Assembly: GCF_001194135.2 (NCBI RefSeq)
Contig: NC_068999.1
Location: forward strand, 47,030,290-47,069,613
DNA length: 39,324 nt
Reading direction: 5' to 3'
From: Octopus bimaculoides
Taxonomy: Eukaryota
Positions 1 through 12,030 of the stretch are shown here, in pieces (position 1 is the first letter of the stretch; the number at the start of each line of letters is the position of its first letter). A model generated the notes under the pieces. The model searched no databases. It saw only the letters and a list, made by a program, of their open reading frames with translations, and had not been told where the DNA came from. A program made the translations under genes and the position numbers.

Positions 1-38
<38 letters not shown>

Positions 39-279
39 AGTAATAGAGAAGCAGAAACTATTTGAAGTTAAACTTTGGTATGTGTATAATGTTGTAAACA
101 ATATTCATGTGTATAGTGGGATGTTTGTCCTGGCTTTGTAATACACACATACACACACGTACACACACAGGCATACACATTCATACACGCAAATACTAAC
201 GCGCACATGCATACACTCACAGACATACACACATACGCACAGTGACATACGTACATGCATACATACATACATACATACA

Positions 280-313
<34 letters not shown>

Positions 314-622
314 CACAGGCATGCACATACGGCATACACACGCGCAAGCACATGCATGCACGCTCATACACACATATACACACGCAATTACATACACACA
401 CATAGACAAGTGTACACACGCACACACACAAAGACACAGACGCATATACCCACACTCACACACATAAATAAACACTATTTCTCACGCATACACTGAAACA
501 CAGAGACACATACATACATACATGCATACATGCATACACACATACATACATACACACGCATACACATACGCGCATACACATACGCGCATATACATACACG
601 CATACACATACACAGACAAACA

Positions 623-660
<38 letters not shown>
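1..660. repeat. Compound microsatellite (TC)n, (CATA)n and degenerate (CA)n
   Basis: Seen directly. Confidence 0.95.
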
Positions 661-796
661 CATGCATGCATGGCTTTTAAATGTGGCGAAACACAATACC
701 CTAAGCAATTCTTGAGACTTGGTCCTATCGGAGAATTCTTCAGAATTCCTCCTTAAGTAAACCACGAAATATCTCGAAGAAATGAAATAAAGTAAA

Positions 797-854
<58 letters not shown>

Positions 855-1081
855 NNNNNNNNNNNNNNNNNNNNNNNNNNNNNNNNNNNNNNNNNNNNNN
901 NNNNNNNNNNNNNNNNNNNNNNNNNNNNNNNNNNNNNNNNNNNNNNNNNNNNNNNNNNNNNNNNNNNNNNNNNNNNNNNNNNNNNNNNNNNNNNNNNNNN
1001 NNNNNNNNNNNNNNNNNNNNNNNNNNNNNNNNNNNNNNNNNNNNNNNNNNNNNNNNNNNNATACACATACACAGACAAACA

Positions 1082-1119
<38 letters not shown>

Positions 1120-1255
1120 CATGCATGCATGGCTTTTAAATGTGGCGAAACACAATACCCTAAGCAATTCTTGAGACTTGGTCCTATCGGAGAATTCTTC
1201 AGAATTCCTCCTTAAGTAAACCACGAAATATCTCGAAGAAATGAAATAAAGTAAA

Positions 1256-1313
<58 letters not shown>
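602..1313. repeat. Near-identical ~250-bp direct duplication (602-854 and 1061-1313) flanking an N gap
   Basis: The unique core TGGCTTTTAAATGTGGCG...GAAATAAAGTAAAC is repeated exactly; probably an unmerged contig overlap. Confidence 0.85.
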
Positions 1314-1316
<3 letters not shown>

Positions 1317-1640
1317 GTATCATATTCTACTTCTTACCAAAGATTCAACGCCATTTAATGTTGACAGATCTGGCTTCTCTTTTAATTCAAATCCACCCTT
1401 CCCAGGACGCCATATTTTATGTCTCACTTTCCTCCTCAATCTCGACAATCTTATTTAGCTCCACCCCGTCATTTTCTTCCCAAGATAGACTTGTACTTTA
1501 ACCGAGTTCCACCCTCACCCCCAGCTACTTCATGTCAATACGCGTATTACCTCTGTTCATGTCTTTATCTCATTTCATCGTTCTACGATCAACGCTTTCT
1601 CCTTCACTTCGTCATATAGTTTCTAACTTCCAAGATACAT

Positions 1641-1644
<4 letters not shown>

Positions 1645-1686
<42 letters not shown>

Positions 1687-1796
1687 NNNNNNNNNNNNNN
1701 NNNNNNNNNNNNNNNNNNNNNNNNNNNNNNNNNNNNNNNNNNNNNNNNNNNNNNNNNNGAGATAAAGGTAGATAGATAGATAGATAGATAGGTAGG

Positions 1797-1861
<65 letters not shown>

Positions 1862-1862
1862 G

Positions 1863-1916
<54 letters not shown>
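1645..1916. repeat. (TA)n and (AGAT)n microsatellites around a gap
   Basis: Seen directly. Confidence 0.95.
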
Positions 1917-2062
1917 CAAACAGACACACAGATAGAGATATGTATGCATATTCTATCTTTGATAGAAGAAATTGGGTGTATAATAATAAAAAGTGCTTTG
2001 ATATTCCTCTGCAGAACAGACTAACATTCCTTATTAAAAAAAAAACACCCCTACACTGAACG

Positions 2063-2104
<42 letters not shown>

Positions 2105-2715
2105 CATCTAAAATAAACTTCCACTAATAATAATAATGTGTAATTCATGAGTTTTGAATCCAACGTTTCGCGACACTCCCTTTCGTCTGGTGCCAATTAT
2201 GTGTTATTTGCTGGACACGATGCGTTGGTGTATCCTCAAGCATACGTGCTTAAAATGTGAATGTAGCGACTATACAGTCAAACGTCGTTAAATGAGGTAC
2301 AACAGAACAGTATAGAATGACAGACAATAGACAACAGAAGTCTATTTGTTGTTGTTACAACAACTTGAACATTCCTTGTTCATTGTTTGTTACACTATTG
2401 CATTTTGTTACAAAACTGTTAACGTGAGTGGATTAAGCGAGCGTCATATATAAAGTTGATTGAACGACACCAACGACTTTAAAAGAACAAATTGTAAAGC
2501 TGTGAATAAACTCTACACAAGCAATGTAATATAAAGATTCAACTGCACGTATGAATGTTGCAAACATCATGAATTTATCATCTGTGGTTCTTGCTCTTTT
2601 TGTTATTGTTATTATTGTCGTACTTACTATTGTTGCTGTCGTAACTGTTGCTATAGCTGTTCTTAGTGTTATGGCAACTGTTGCTGCTGCTACCACTGTT
2701 GTTGTTGCTGCTGCT

Positions 2716-2780
2716 GCGGGATTCGAACTCACGACCTCACGGTAGTAAGACAGACGCTCTAACCACTGAGCCATGCGCCT
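2716..2780 (-). mobile_element. tRNA-like head of SINE family B
   Basis: A box TGGCTCAGTGG, D stem GCTC/GAGC and B box GTTCGAATCC; no acceptor or anticodon stem; homologous to the head at 26201. Confidence 0.7.
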
Positions 2781-2807
2781 TCACATACATACATACATAC
2801 ATACATA

Positions 2808-3025
2808 CGAGGGAGATGCTGAAAAGTTTCCGGCTTTGAGTAAAACACAATACAGAAGGCTCAGTTAATTATGATTTTATTCAACATATTCCCCTCTCAG
2901 ATTCACACACTTATTGCAGTGGTCCTTCAGTTTTTCCAAGACCTGTAAAAGAACTCGGAAGGTTGGGCCTCCAACCAGGCCTTTCGCGACACCCTTAAAG
3001 CCAGGACCTTTACAGTACCCCCTCG
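2808..3025 (-). mobile_element. Internally deleted mariner element (MITE) retaining the transposase C-terminus
   Basis: TA flanks; imperfect TIRs CGAGGGAGATGCTGAAAAGTTTCCGGCTTT and CGAGGGGGTACTGTAAAGGTCCTGGCTTT; minus strand encodes LEKLKDHCNKCVNLRGEYVE*, a typical mariner transposase end. Confidence 0.85.
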
Positions 3026-3040
3026 TACACATATACATGC

Positions 3041-3252
3041 ATCGCCATGATAGATTGCTAACCACTACATTTATATATTTTTTTCTCCTTGTTTTTCTCC
3101 TTATTTCTTTCTGTGTTCCTTTCAGTTGAAGAGCGTAGGCTCGAAACGTTAAAGACTTTCTCTATTCCCGAGCGTTATACTAATACATCCATTTGTTGTT
3201 TACACCACCTGTCCTCGTCTGTTGTTGTTTTTTTCGTAAATTCTCCCATATA
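3041..3252 (+). mobile_element. Dispersed ~210-bp repeat with a Penelope-like terminal motif (inverted copies at 13326-13524 and 20501-20678)
   Basis: Three homologous copies share GAAGAGCGTAGGCTCGAAA(C/T)GT; the PLE assignment rests on motif resemblance only. Confidence 0.6.
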
Positions 3253-3810
3253 TACTTATATACATACATACACATACTGGTTGCCTGGCTGTCAGGCTGG
3301 CTGGTTGCCCTGCTGCCTGGCTGTCTGGCAACTTGGTAGCCTGGCCATACATCTGTATCTAAGAGGTCATTGTAATGTATTGTGTTACACGACAGCAGAA
3401 AACAAAAACTAGACAATATCGCGGCAGCTGATATAACACAGACAACTAACGTTGGGACACAGCGAAAATAAACAGAAAAATTGATCATCGAATCCAATCA
3501 TTAATATTGGTTCGAAATATAAGCCTGAAATGAACACCCCAACATCCACAACTAGACAACAGACCAATTAGCGGGTCGTATCCTGACTTTTAGAAAACTG
3601 ATACCAGCAGTCGGAAATTTGAAATGCGGAATTGCTTAATAAGTAACAGGACGTAAGTAGCAGACATTTGCTTCCTTTCAAAAAACTAAAAATGGTTAAA
3701 ATCAGTCGAGACAAGGAAGGAGCCTCTAAGTGGTAGTCCAACATCCTAGAAATGGTAGCCAAAAACTCCTTCAAATCGCAACTGCTATTTAAAAAAAGAA
3801 AAAAAGTGGT

Positions 3811-4237
3811 TCTCAACCACATGATTCCAGGTTCAGTCCCACCGCATTACACCTTGGGCAAGTATTTTGTACTACAGCCTCGAGCCGAGGCTCGAGTGGA
3901 TTTGTGAGCGAATTTGGTAGACGGAGACTCGATCATTGTGAGTGGATTTGGTAGGCGGAGACTGAAAGAAGCCCGTCGTGTGTATATGTGTGCGTGTGTG
4001 TATGTGTGTGAGTGTGTGTGTTTGTGTGTGAGAGTGTGTCTGTGTTTGTGTTTGTCCCCCACATCGCTTGATAGCCAATGTTGGTGTGTTTACGTCCCCG
4101 TAACTTAGCGGTTCGGCATAAGAAACCGATAAAATAATGACTAGGCTTACAAAGAATAAGTCCTGGGATCGATTTGCTCGACTAAAGGCGGTGCTCCAGT
4201 ATGGCCGCAGTCAAATGACTGAAACAAATAAAAGAAT
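3811..4237 (+). mobile_element. tRNA-derived SINE family A
   Basis: B-box-like GGTTCAGTCCC, MIR/CORE-like CACCTTGGGCAAG, central (TG)n and 3' tail GGTGCTCCAGYATGGCCGCAGTCAAATGACTGAAAC shared with many copies in the window. Confidence 0.85.
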
Positions 4238-4249
4238 ATATATATATCC

Positions 4250-4612
4250 TTTTATTCTTCTTCTTGTTTCAGTCATTTGACTGCGGCCATACTGGAGCAC
4301 CGCCTTTTAATCGAAGGAATCGACACCATGACTTATTCTTTGTGAGCCTGGTACTTATTCTAGCGGTTCATTCTGTCGAATCGCTAAGTTACGGGGACGT
4401 AAACACACCAGCATCGGTTGTCAACCGATGGTGGAAGGACAAACACAGACACAAAGACACACACATAGATATATACATATATATATATATGACGGGCTTC
4501 TTTCTGTTTCCGTCAACCAAATCCACTCACATGGTTTTGGTCTGCCCGAGGCTATAGTAGACGACACTTGCCCAAAGTGCCATGCAGTGGGACTGAACCT
4601 GGAACCACGCCA
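4250..4612 (-). mobile_element. SINE family A, tail-to-tail with the preceding copy
   Basis: Reverse-complement match to the head and tail of 3811-4237. Confidence 0.85.
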
Positions 4613-4620
4613 ATATATAC

Positions 4621-4655
<35 letters not shown>

Positions 4656-5984
4656 NNNNNNNNNNNNNNNNNNNNNNNNNNNNNNNNNNNNNNNNNNNNN
4701 NNNNNNNNNNNNNNNNNNNNNNNNNNNNNNNNNNNNNNNNNNNNNNNNNNNNNNNNNNNNNNNNNNNNNNNNNNNNNNNNNNNNNNNNNNNNNNNNNNNN
4801 NNNNNNNNNNNNNNNNNNNNNNNNNNNNNNNNNNNNNNNNNNNNNNNNNNNNNNNNNNNNNNNNNNNNNNNNNNNNNNNNNNNNNNNNNNNNNNNNNNNN
4901 NNNNNNNNNNNNNNNNNNNNNNNNNNNNNNNNNNNNNNNNNNNNNNNNNNNNNNNNNNNNNNNNNNNNNNNNNNNNNNNNNNNNNNNNNNNNNNNNNNNN
5001 NNNNNNNNNNNNNNNNNNNNNNNNNNNNNNNNNNNNNNNNNNNNNNNNNNNNNNNNNNNNNNNNNNNNNNNNNNNNNNNNNNNNNNNNNNNNNNNNNNNN
5101 NNNNNNNNNNNNNNNNNNNNNNNNNNNNNNNNNNNNNNNNNNNNNNNNNNNNNNNNNNNNNNNNNNNNNNNNNNNNNNNNNNNNNNNNNNNNNNNNNNNN
5201 NNNNNNNNNNNNNNNNNNNNNNNNNNNNNNNNNNNNNNNNNNNNNNNNNNNNNNNNNNNNNNNNNNNNNNNNNNNNNNNNNNNNNNNNNNNNNNNNNNNN
5301 NNNNNNNNNNNNNNNNNNNNNNNNNNNNNNNNNNNNNNNNNNNNNNNNNNNNNNNNATATATATACATATATGTATATATATATGTATTATGTAAAACCT
5401 AATTCCTCTTATAAACGCTGTCCTCTTCTTATAATAGTAACTTCCCTGCCCAGAATTTATCTTGCTGGCATCTAGACGCAGTGAAATACTTGCAAACAAA
5501 AAGACAAAAAAGTGTGGGACCATTTCCTTCGCCACACCTAACAAAAACCGCGCCATCGTCTCACGAACGTAACCACACCCTCATGATGCTTTGTTACGTC
5601 ACTCCTATATATTTTTATCTCTTTTATGCCTTGTTTTTGTATGCATTGTGTCATGATTAGAAAAAAAAAATCTATAAGTTTTTATCTCGTTTTTTTTTTT
5701 TAATGTATATACTGTGTCATGATTAGTAAAAAAAAATACAAATATTTCGTAACTACATACATATTTACATACACACACACATATATATATTAATGTCTTT
5801 ATATCGAGTTATGATAAAAAAGAAACAAATTAACATTAAACTGAAAAACTGCTCAACACTTTGTGTAGAGTGGTTATTTATTATTCTTTTCCCAAGAAGA
5901 GTAGCCGCAGTGACTTCGAAGTTTGGTTTTCATCTGACCGTTCGATAAAGACTAGGAGACTCACTGCGAAGTGTATCTAGTGTA

Positions 5985-6135
5985 AACATCCGAACATTGT
6001 CGCCATCTTTCCAAATCCTGCTGCATTTCACACGAAATTTTTGGTCCTCCAAGTTGTCTAAGTCAACCCACCTGTTAATTTTGGCTTCAAATATTCTACT
6101 TGCAGACCGGAAAATGTGATATTTCTCACACATCC
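5985..6135. repeat. Unclassified dispersed repeat, homologous to ~23010-23180
   Basis: Shared CCAAATCC.GC.G.ATTT.ACA.G.AATTTTTGGTCC.CCA...AGTTGTC...TAAGTCAACC block. Confidence 0.65.
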
Positions 6136-6239
6136 TTGTTCTTTGTTTGTTTGGTTTTATTTATTTATTTATTTATTTATTTTTCATTTTGAATATTCCA
6201 AAAGTGGATATCTTTTAGATTCAGCGATGTCTTTAGTGA

Positions 6240-6403
6240 AACATCCTATTTTTTGCGGGCAGAAGTGAAGAGTGTGGGCGGTAGCTGACCGGAAAACCTA
6301 AGAATGAGATCCTATCTTCGGATGAAATCAAAGGATTTAGTGTAAAACCACGTAAGTGAGTTGCAATGACCCAAAGGACGTATTCACAGAAACAGTAAGA
6401 GAA

Positions 6404-6443
<40 letters not shown>

Positions 6444-6860
6444 AGGAAGGTTGACCGGAAGTGTATTTTCAAGATCAACTTATTATAGGAAACGGTGGAT
6501 TTCTTTCTCACGACCATATTTTATTCTGTTGCCCACTCTCGGAAAGCGGACATTTTTCACATATTCCCAAAAGGATTTTCCGTGAAAAATTCTTTAACAA
6601 TTCGGACGTAACTACTCACAAATTATTTTCGTTTTCGATTTTTCTTCTTCCCGTTTTGGGCGTAAATATAGAAAAAATTGTTGCTGTTTTCTGAAACGAG
6701 CAGGAAATTCAATTTACGTCAAAGAAACTTATATTACAAACATATTTATTCGAAGTATTTCTCGTAAACGGAGGAAAAGTTCATAATATGTCATAGTTAG
6801 CATTGTTACACCATAATCATATAATTGACCTGAAATGTCCGGTGAAGAGGAGAATTAATA
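6240..6860. promoter_or_regulatory. CpG-rich promoter-like patch with ETS-type motifs
   Basis: ACCGGAAGTG at 6454-6463, further GACCGGAAAA sites, and a plus-strand donor-like C|GTAAGT at 6352; no gene assigned. Confidence 0.3.
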
Positions 6861-7859
6861 AGAGTAATTATTTTCCTTAATCCTTCTATCGTGATTAATA
6901 ATTAATTTTAGTGATTAGTATCCTATATATATTAAAGTAAAATAGGCAGCAGTTTGCAATGTTTTACTAAAAAGGAAAACTATAGTTGTCACTAACTATG
7001 GCTAGGGTGTTAGAAACACCTACATTGCTAAGAAATAAGACCTAGAATGATCTAAAATGCTCTAATGTTGTAGTTAAAGCACATAATTGTATAAATATAT
7101 ACAGACAGTCCCTGTCTGTATATTTGTACTTTGACTACAGCACTAAAGCATTTTAGCTCTTATTTCTACCAATTACATATATATATATATATATANNNNN
7201 NNNNNNNNNNNNNNNNNNNNNNNNNNNNNNNNNNNNNNNNNNNNNNNNNNNNNNNNNNNNNNNNNNNNNNNNNNNNNNNNNNNNNNNNNNNNNNNNNNNN
7301 NNNNNNNNNNNNNNNNNNNNNNNNNNNNNNNNNNNNNNNNNNNNNNNNNNNNNNNNNNNNNNNNNNNNNNNNNNNNNNNNNNNNNNNNNNNNNNNNNNNN
7401 NNNNNNNNNNNNNNNNNNNNNNNNNNNNNNNNNNNNNNNNNNNNNNNNNNNNNNNNNNNNNNNNNNNNNNNNNNNNNNNNNNNNNNNNNNNNNNNNNNNN
7501 NNNNNNNNNNNNNNNNNNNNNNNNNNNNNNNNNNNNNNNNNNNNNNNNNNNNNNNNNNNNNNNNNNNNNNNNNNNNNNNNNNNNNNNNNNNNNNNNNNNN
7601 NNNNNNNNNNNNNNNNNNNNNNNNNNNNNNNNNNNNNNNNNNNNNNNNNNNNNNNNNNNNNNNNNNNNNNNNNNNNNNNNNNNNNNNNNNNNNNNNNNNN
7701 NNNNNNNNNNNNNNNNNNNNNNNNNNNNNNNNNNNNNNNNNNNNNNNNNNNNNNNNNNNNNNNNNNNNNNNNNNNNNNNNNNNNNNNNNNNNNNNNNNNN
7801 NNNNNNNNNNNNNNNNNNNNNNNNNNNNNNNNNNNNTATATATATATATATATATATAT

Positions 7860-8160
7860 GCACGACGGGCTTCATTCAGTTTCCTTCTACCTAGACCACT
7901 CACAAGGCTTTGGTCGGTCAGAAGCTATAGAAGAAGATACTTGCCCAAGGTATCACGCAGTGGGGCCAAACCTGGAACAATGTGGTTGGGAAGTAAACTT
8001 CTTATCGCACAGTCACGCCTGCGCTTATAAAGATATATGCACGACGGCTACCAAATCTATTCTCACGGTTTCGGCCAGCCCGGGGCTATAGCAGAAGACA
8101 CTTGTCCAGAATTCCACGCAGTGGGACTGAACTTGGAGCCATGTGACTCGGAAGTAAGCT
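7860..8160 (-). mobile_element. SINE family A, two tandem 5' halves
   Basis: Two successive ...GAAGAYACTTG(C/T)CCA...CACGCAGTGGG... blocks. Confidence 0.75.
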
Positions 8161-8578
8161 TATCACTGAAATTTTTAGCTCACATTTACGAACAAAAGCT
8201 GTAACTATGGCTTACAATCTAATTTAGTCGATCGGCTTGTAAAAACTGATACCAGACAAGCAATGTCGGACCACACACACACGACTTCGTTCAATACTTT
8301 GGCCAGAAATTAATATTATAATGTTGCGTTTTGCGGAATTGTGTAATAAAAATACATTTCTACCAATGTTAGGTGTGGGATAATTCTGGAACTTATCCGT
8401 TTTCATATCGTTTTACTCTGAGGAAATGTACTGCAATCAATAATGTCAGATCATAATGGAACAACAGTCATGCTTTTTGCATACATAAATCAACAGACGC
8501 ACGGACAAATAGACAATGGAACGAGTGGATAGCTAGCTAGCTATTTGCCTGTTCGGCATGTTTATATACCTGCCTGTA

Positions 8579-8582
<4 letters not shown>

Positions 8583-8671
<89 letters not shown>

Positions 8672-8733
8672 AAACAAATGTATATGTGTATGTATGTGTG
8701 TGTAAGTGTAAGTGTACACGTTCTCACGGACAC

Positions 8734-8778
<45 letters not shown>

Positions 8779-8990
8779 AGAGAGAGATAGCGACAGTCAG
8801 ACGACAGATAGACAGACAAACAGACAGGCAGACAGGCAAACTGACAGACGGGCGGACGAACGAACTGACGGACGGACGGACGGGCGGACGGGCGGACAAA
8901 TAGTCAAGCTGTGTGGACCTACAATTCCATACTGTAATAATTACGACGGACGGACGGACGAACGGACAGACATACAGACAAGCTGTGTGG
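8583..8990. repeat. Compound (TG)n, (GATA)n, (GACA)n and (GACG)n microsatellite
   Basis: Seen directly. Confidence 0.9.
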
Positions 8991-9414
8991 GGCCTACAAT
9001 CCCATACTGCTGCGATATTTTCACAAGGTAATGATACCAATCGTAAAAAGCAACCAATCTAACTTTCTTATTTTATCTTTTCTGCTCATAAAATACATGA
9101 ACGTTTCAGCAATAAAAATCCTTACTAGTTCAGAATACTCATCGTCTGGTTGGTAACCACGAACCCATTCTGCTATATATACGTGTATTCCAATATTGAT
9201 CAAACAACATAAAAGATCGATGACATGGTCAAGATTTTTAAACAAGACAGAGTGAGAATTTTCATGTAGCTAGCTGTTATGATAATTCTGTCTCCAAGCA
9301 ACCTGGAGCTTATCTCTTCCGTTTATTGATACGTGATGCTAGTGGCTGGACTCGCCCCACCATCTTTGCAGTGAAGTTTTCGTTCGTTCAATCATAAATT
9401 AGATTTCAGTCCGG

Positions 9415-9786
9415 TCTTTTGCTTGTTTTAGTCATTAGATTGCGGTCATGCTAGGGTATCGCCTCCATGGGTTTTAGTCGAACAAAATCGATCCCAGTAC
9501 CTCTTTTCTTTCCATTTTTTTTTTTATTCGAGTGTGGTGCTTATTCTATCAGTCAGTTTTGCCGAAACGCTACGTTACGAAGCGTGGCACCCACGGGCTG
9601 ACCAAACCCTTGAGAGTGAATTTGGTAGATGGAAACTGAAAAAAGCCCGTCGGGTGTGTGCATGTGTGTGTGTGTTCCCGTCTGTGTGTGTCATCCCATC
9701 TGTGTTTGTCCCGTCATCACCGCTTGACAACCGATATTGTTGTGTTTACAAAAACGACAGAATAAGTACTAGGCTTAAAAAATAAG
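9415..9786. mobile_element. SINE family A fragments in opposite orientations
   Basis: Minus-strand tail at ~9415-9590, followed by a plus-strand body/tail at ~9597-9786. Confidence 0.7.
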
Positions 9787-10889
9787 CCATACATATATGG
9801 CTTTCGTCTTCCGTCTCTCGATGAGAGTCACCTAATTGGCTTTGATAATTTCACTGGAAGTTATTGTATGACATACACCTATAACGTCAAGCGCATATTA
9901 CGTATGCATGCGGCTATCATTTGAGTTATAGCGATCCAGAAACAGCTGTCGAGATAAAATTTTACATAAGACCTTTTGTCTTCTTTCTCCGTGTTTTGTG
10001 TTCCATGCAAATACACCCTTTATGCCTATATGTGTTTATAAGCCTTTCTACCTATCTTTTTATTTCAGTTATTAGACTGCAGGCATGCTGGTCTATCTAT
10101 CTATCTATCTATCTATCTATNNNNNNNNNNNNNNNNNNNNNNNNNNNNNNNNNNNNNNNNNNNNNNNNNNNNNNNNNNNNNNNNNNNNNNNNNNNNNNNN
10201 NNNNNNNNNNNNNNNNNNNNNNNNNNNNNNNNNNNNNNNNNNNNNNNNNNNNNNNNNNNNNNNNNNNNNNNNNNNNNNNNNNNNNNNNNNNNNNNNNNNN
10301 NNNNNNNNNNNNNNNNNNNNNNNNNNNNNNNNNNNNNNNNNNNNNNNNNNNNNNNNNNNNNNNNNNNNNNNNNNNNNNNNNNNNNNNNNNNNNNNNNNNN
10401 NNNNNNNNNNNNNNNNNNNNNNNNNNNNNNNNNNNNNNNNNNNNNNNNNNNNNNNNNNNNNNNNNNNNNNNNNNNNNNNNNNNNNNNNNNNNNNNNNNNN
10501 NNNNNNNNNNNNNNNNNNNNNNNNNNNNNNNNNNNNNNNNNNNNNNNNNNNNNNNNNNNNNNNNNNNNNNNNNNNNNNNNNNNNNNNNNNNNNNNNNNNN
10601 NNNNNNNNNNNNNNNNNNNNNNNNNNNNNNNNNNNNNNNNNNNNNNNNNNNNNNNNNNNNNNNNNNNNNNNNNNNNNNNNNNNNNNNNNNNNNNNNNNNN
10701 NNNNNNNNNNNNNNNNNNNNNNNNNNNNNNNNNNNNNNNNNNNNNNNNNNNNNNNNNNNNNNNNNNNNNNNNNNNNNNNNNNNNNNNNCTGTAATGATTA
10801 GATACGAGAAGGGAAGGGAATAGACGAGCAAGGAACAGCGTTGGGTCTCGCTGGAGAATCTGTTATGTGACGGGTTCGAATCGTGTGAG

Positions 10890-10926
10890 TCTCTGTGTGT
10901 GTCCATGAGTGCGTGTGTGTCCATGA

Positions 10927-10965
<39 letters not shown>

Positions 10966-11375
10966 TATGTGTTTGTGTATGTGTGTGTGTTTGTGCGTGC
11001 ATGAGTGTGTGTGTGTGTGTGTGTGTGTTTTTGTATGTCTGAGTGTGTGTTTGTGTGTGTATGAGTATGTGTGTGTGATTGTGTGTGTATGAGTGTGTGT
11101 GTTTATGTGTGTGTATGTGTGTTTGCGTGTGTTTGTGTATGAGTCTTTGTGTTTGTATGTGTGTGTGTTTGTGTGTGTGTTTATATGTGTGTGTGTTTTT
11201 GTGTGTGTATAAGTGTGTGTGTATTTGTGTGTATGAGTGTGTGTTTGTATGTGTCTGTATGTGTATGAGCGTGTGCATGCCTGTGTAACTACGTATGTGT
11301 CTGTGTGTGTATGTGTGTGTGTATATATATCTATGTGTGCCTATGTGCGTGCGTATGCGCGCGCACGCGCGCGCA
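10890..11375. repeat. Degenerate (TG)n tract
   Basis: Seen directly. Confidence 0.9.
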
Positions 11376-11749
11376 CGCTGGTAAACGACTACAATAAACA
11401 CCTCGACTTTTGACATACATTTGTATTTCGCTGCTGTCGATTCTGTTTTATTCACTTCAGTATAAAGGACAAAATCACAAAGGCCACCCTACTTCCTTCC
11501 TTCCTTCTGAATGTGAAATACGTCACGTTTCTATTTACATTTGCATGAATGTTCTTTGTTCGTCAGTTTTGGGGTCTTCCAGTTCCCGATTTGCTACAAA
11601 AACAGCAAAAATGTTGTGAAAATTACAAGATTTGAGACATTCTGAGGGAAACGGCCACCAAACTTTCATCTTTTTCAAAAACTGTTCCTCTTTGTAAATA
11701 CTTACACTTATTTTTTGTCTTTTTGTCTGTTTCTTCTTTTAATCTTTTA

Positions 11750-12030
11750 TTTGTTTCAGCCATTGGACTGCGGCCATATTGGAGCACCGCGTTGGTGGGT
11801 TTAATCGGACAAATCGACCCCAAGATTTATTTTTCTTCTATTCTTTTATTCTTTTCTCTTTTTTTTTTTTTTACTTGTTTCAGTCATTTGACTGCAGCCA
11901 TGCTGGAGCACCACCATAAAGGGCTTTTTAGTCGAGGAAATCGACCCCAAGACTTATCCTTTGTAAGCCAAGTACTTATTCTATCGGTCTCTTTTGCCGA
12001 ACTACGGGGACGTATACAAAACAACACCGG
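11750..12030 (-). mobile_element. SINE family A, two tandem 3' tails
   Basis: GTTTCAG(C/T)CATT(G/T)GACTGC.GCCAT..TGGAGCACC occurs twice. Confidence 0.75.

Noticed and set aside
602-1313. Apparent tandem duplication of a unique 130-bp core
   Set aside because: The two copies are essentially identical and flank an N gap, each ending in (CA)n. This is most simply an unmerged contig overlap.
68-1323. Long CV/HT/YI-repeat ORFs here and throughout the ORF track
   Set aside because: They are translations of (CA)n, (TA)n, (CATA)n and (GATA)n microsatellites or run through N gaps; not credible proteins.
2551-2745. Hydrophobic ORF resembling a transmembrane peptide
   Set aside because: Produced by degenerate (GTT/GCT/ATT)n trinucleotide repeats running into a SINE head.
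2716-2780. Possible tRNA gene
   Set aside because: A/B boxes and the D stem are present, but the acceptor and anticodon stems do not pair; it matches the SINE head at 26201.
3568-3822. 84-aa minus-strand ORF with an acceptor-like T tract
   Set aside because: No recognisable homology, and its start lies in a SINE; not distinguishable from chance.
4552-5556. Signal-peptide-like MARFLLGVAKEMVPHFFVFLFAS... as a secreted or neuropeptide precursor
   Set aside because: The hydrophobic stretch coincides with a T-rich tract, there is no recognisable family, and the only donor is weak. It is kept only as part of the promoter-like and exon-chain leads.
5930-6133. 67-aa ORF MCEKYHIFRS...
   Set aside because: Mostly overlaps a dispersed repeat that is also present at ~23010-23180, where the frame is not preserved.
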